64,000 bases of DNA from Selaginella moellendorffii (Eukaryota; Plantae; Lycopodiophyta), in NCBI RefSeq assembly GCF_000143415.4, contig NW_003314324.1, positions 157,864-221,863 of the forward strand, written 5' to 3'. A program made the translations under genes and the position numbers. Below are positions 63,501-64,000 of the stretch, one piece after another; within the stretch, counting starts at the first letter, position 1; every line of letters begins with the position of its first letter. Below the pieces are notes generated by a model. That model saw only the letters and a list, made by a program, of their open reading frames with translations, was not told where the DNA came from and searched no databases.

Positions 63501-64000
63501 TACTTTTTATTAACTTTAGCATTATAAAATTTAGCTTTTGGATGTGTTAAGAAGAATATTATGGGCTATACCATGATTTTTTCTTTATCATTGACATTAA
63601 TTCATGCAAGACTCGTAATCATTATTAGATTAGACTAGATATAAGCTTTTTCAAGTTTTTAGTTCTTTGAGTTTTCATACTCATTATTCCATTTATTAGG
63701 AGTTGTTAGGAAATGCATTTTAGCTCCTTAACTTTGATGTTGAAATTAATTTCTACATCTGGCAATTATTAGTGCTGGTTGACTATCATCTAAGATAGTT
63801 GATAATTTTTGCTAAAGGTTTTGCTTGATTATTATTGATATTGAATAATTTACCATTCTTTAGAATAGTGGATTATCTATTCAATAATGATTATGCATTT
63901 CTTTATTACTGAGATGATTAATGATCTTTCATAATAGTTAATTGTTCTTTTCGATGACTTATAGTTTTCATATTACTACATATTCTTTGTAGTTTACTCT
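54545..64000 (+). mobile_element. Decayed family C internal region (host of A copy 2)
   Basis: 54560-54697 plus 62318-64000 align to about 20420-22260, with many C>T and G>A changes. Confidence 0.85.
54698..62317 (-). mobile_element. Full-length family A LARD, copy 2
   Basis: TSD TTTAT; LTRs 54698-56496 and 60590-62317; PBS 60575-60586; PPT 56497-56508. Confidence 0.95.

Overview
This is plant nuclear DNA, most likely the lycophyte Selaginella (inferred from compact genes with 50-90 nt introns; not confirmed). A gene island at about 35.7-47 kb is flanked by nests of LTR retroelements. LEFT (1-29.4 kb): an old non-coding LTR element ('C') hosts a decayed Ty3/gypsy chromovirus ('B'). B is split by a young 7.8-kb non-coding LARD-like element ('A', TSD GTTAC). 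C also hosts a solo A LTR, a second C copy and a 5S-rRNA-bearing Cassandra-type TRIM. MIDDLE: rearranged fold-back Ty1/copia fragments, a tRNA-Ala pseudogene and five genes (SMI1/KNR4-like protein, DnaJ-type zinc-finger protein, adenylate kinase, two tandem RLP51/SNC2-like LRR receptor-like proteins). RIGHT (48.9-64 kb): another nest with decayed A, a second Cassandra, solo LTRs of A and B, a full inverted A copy and decayed C. Best leads: (1) two precise GT-AG introns interrupt the chromovirus integrase, each flanked by a 5-bp direct repeat; (2) a covarying structured-RNA module (two tRNA-like T-loop hairpins, a GACA hairpin and a 3-way junction) is shared by B and A; (3) B, A and Cassandra share termini and PPT, suggesting one helper and its parasites; (4) the ADK stop overlaps an in-frame ATG (ATGA) of the next gene.
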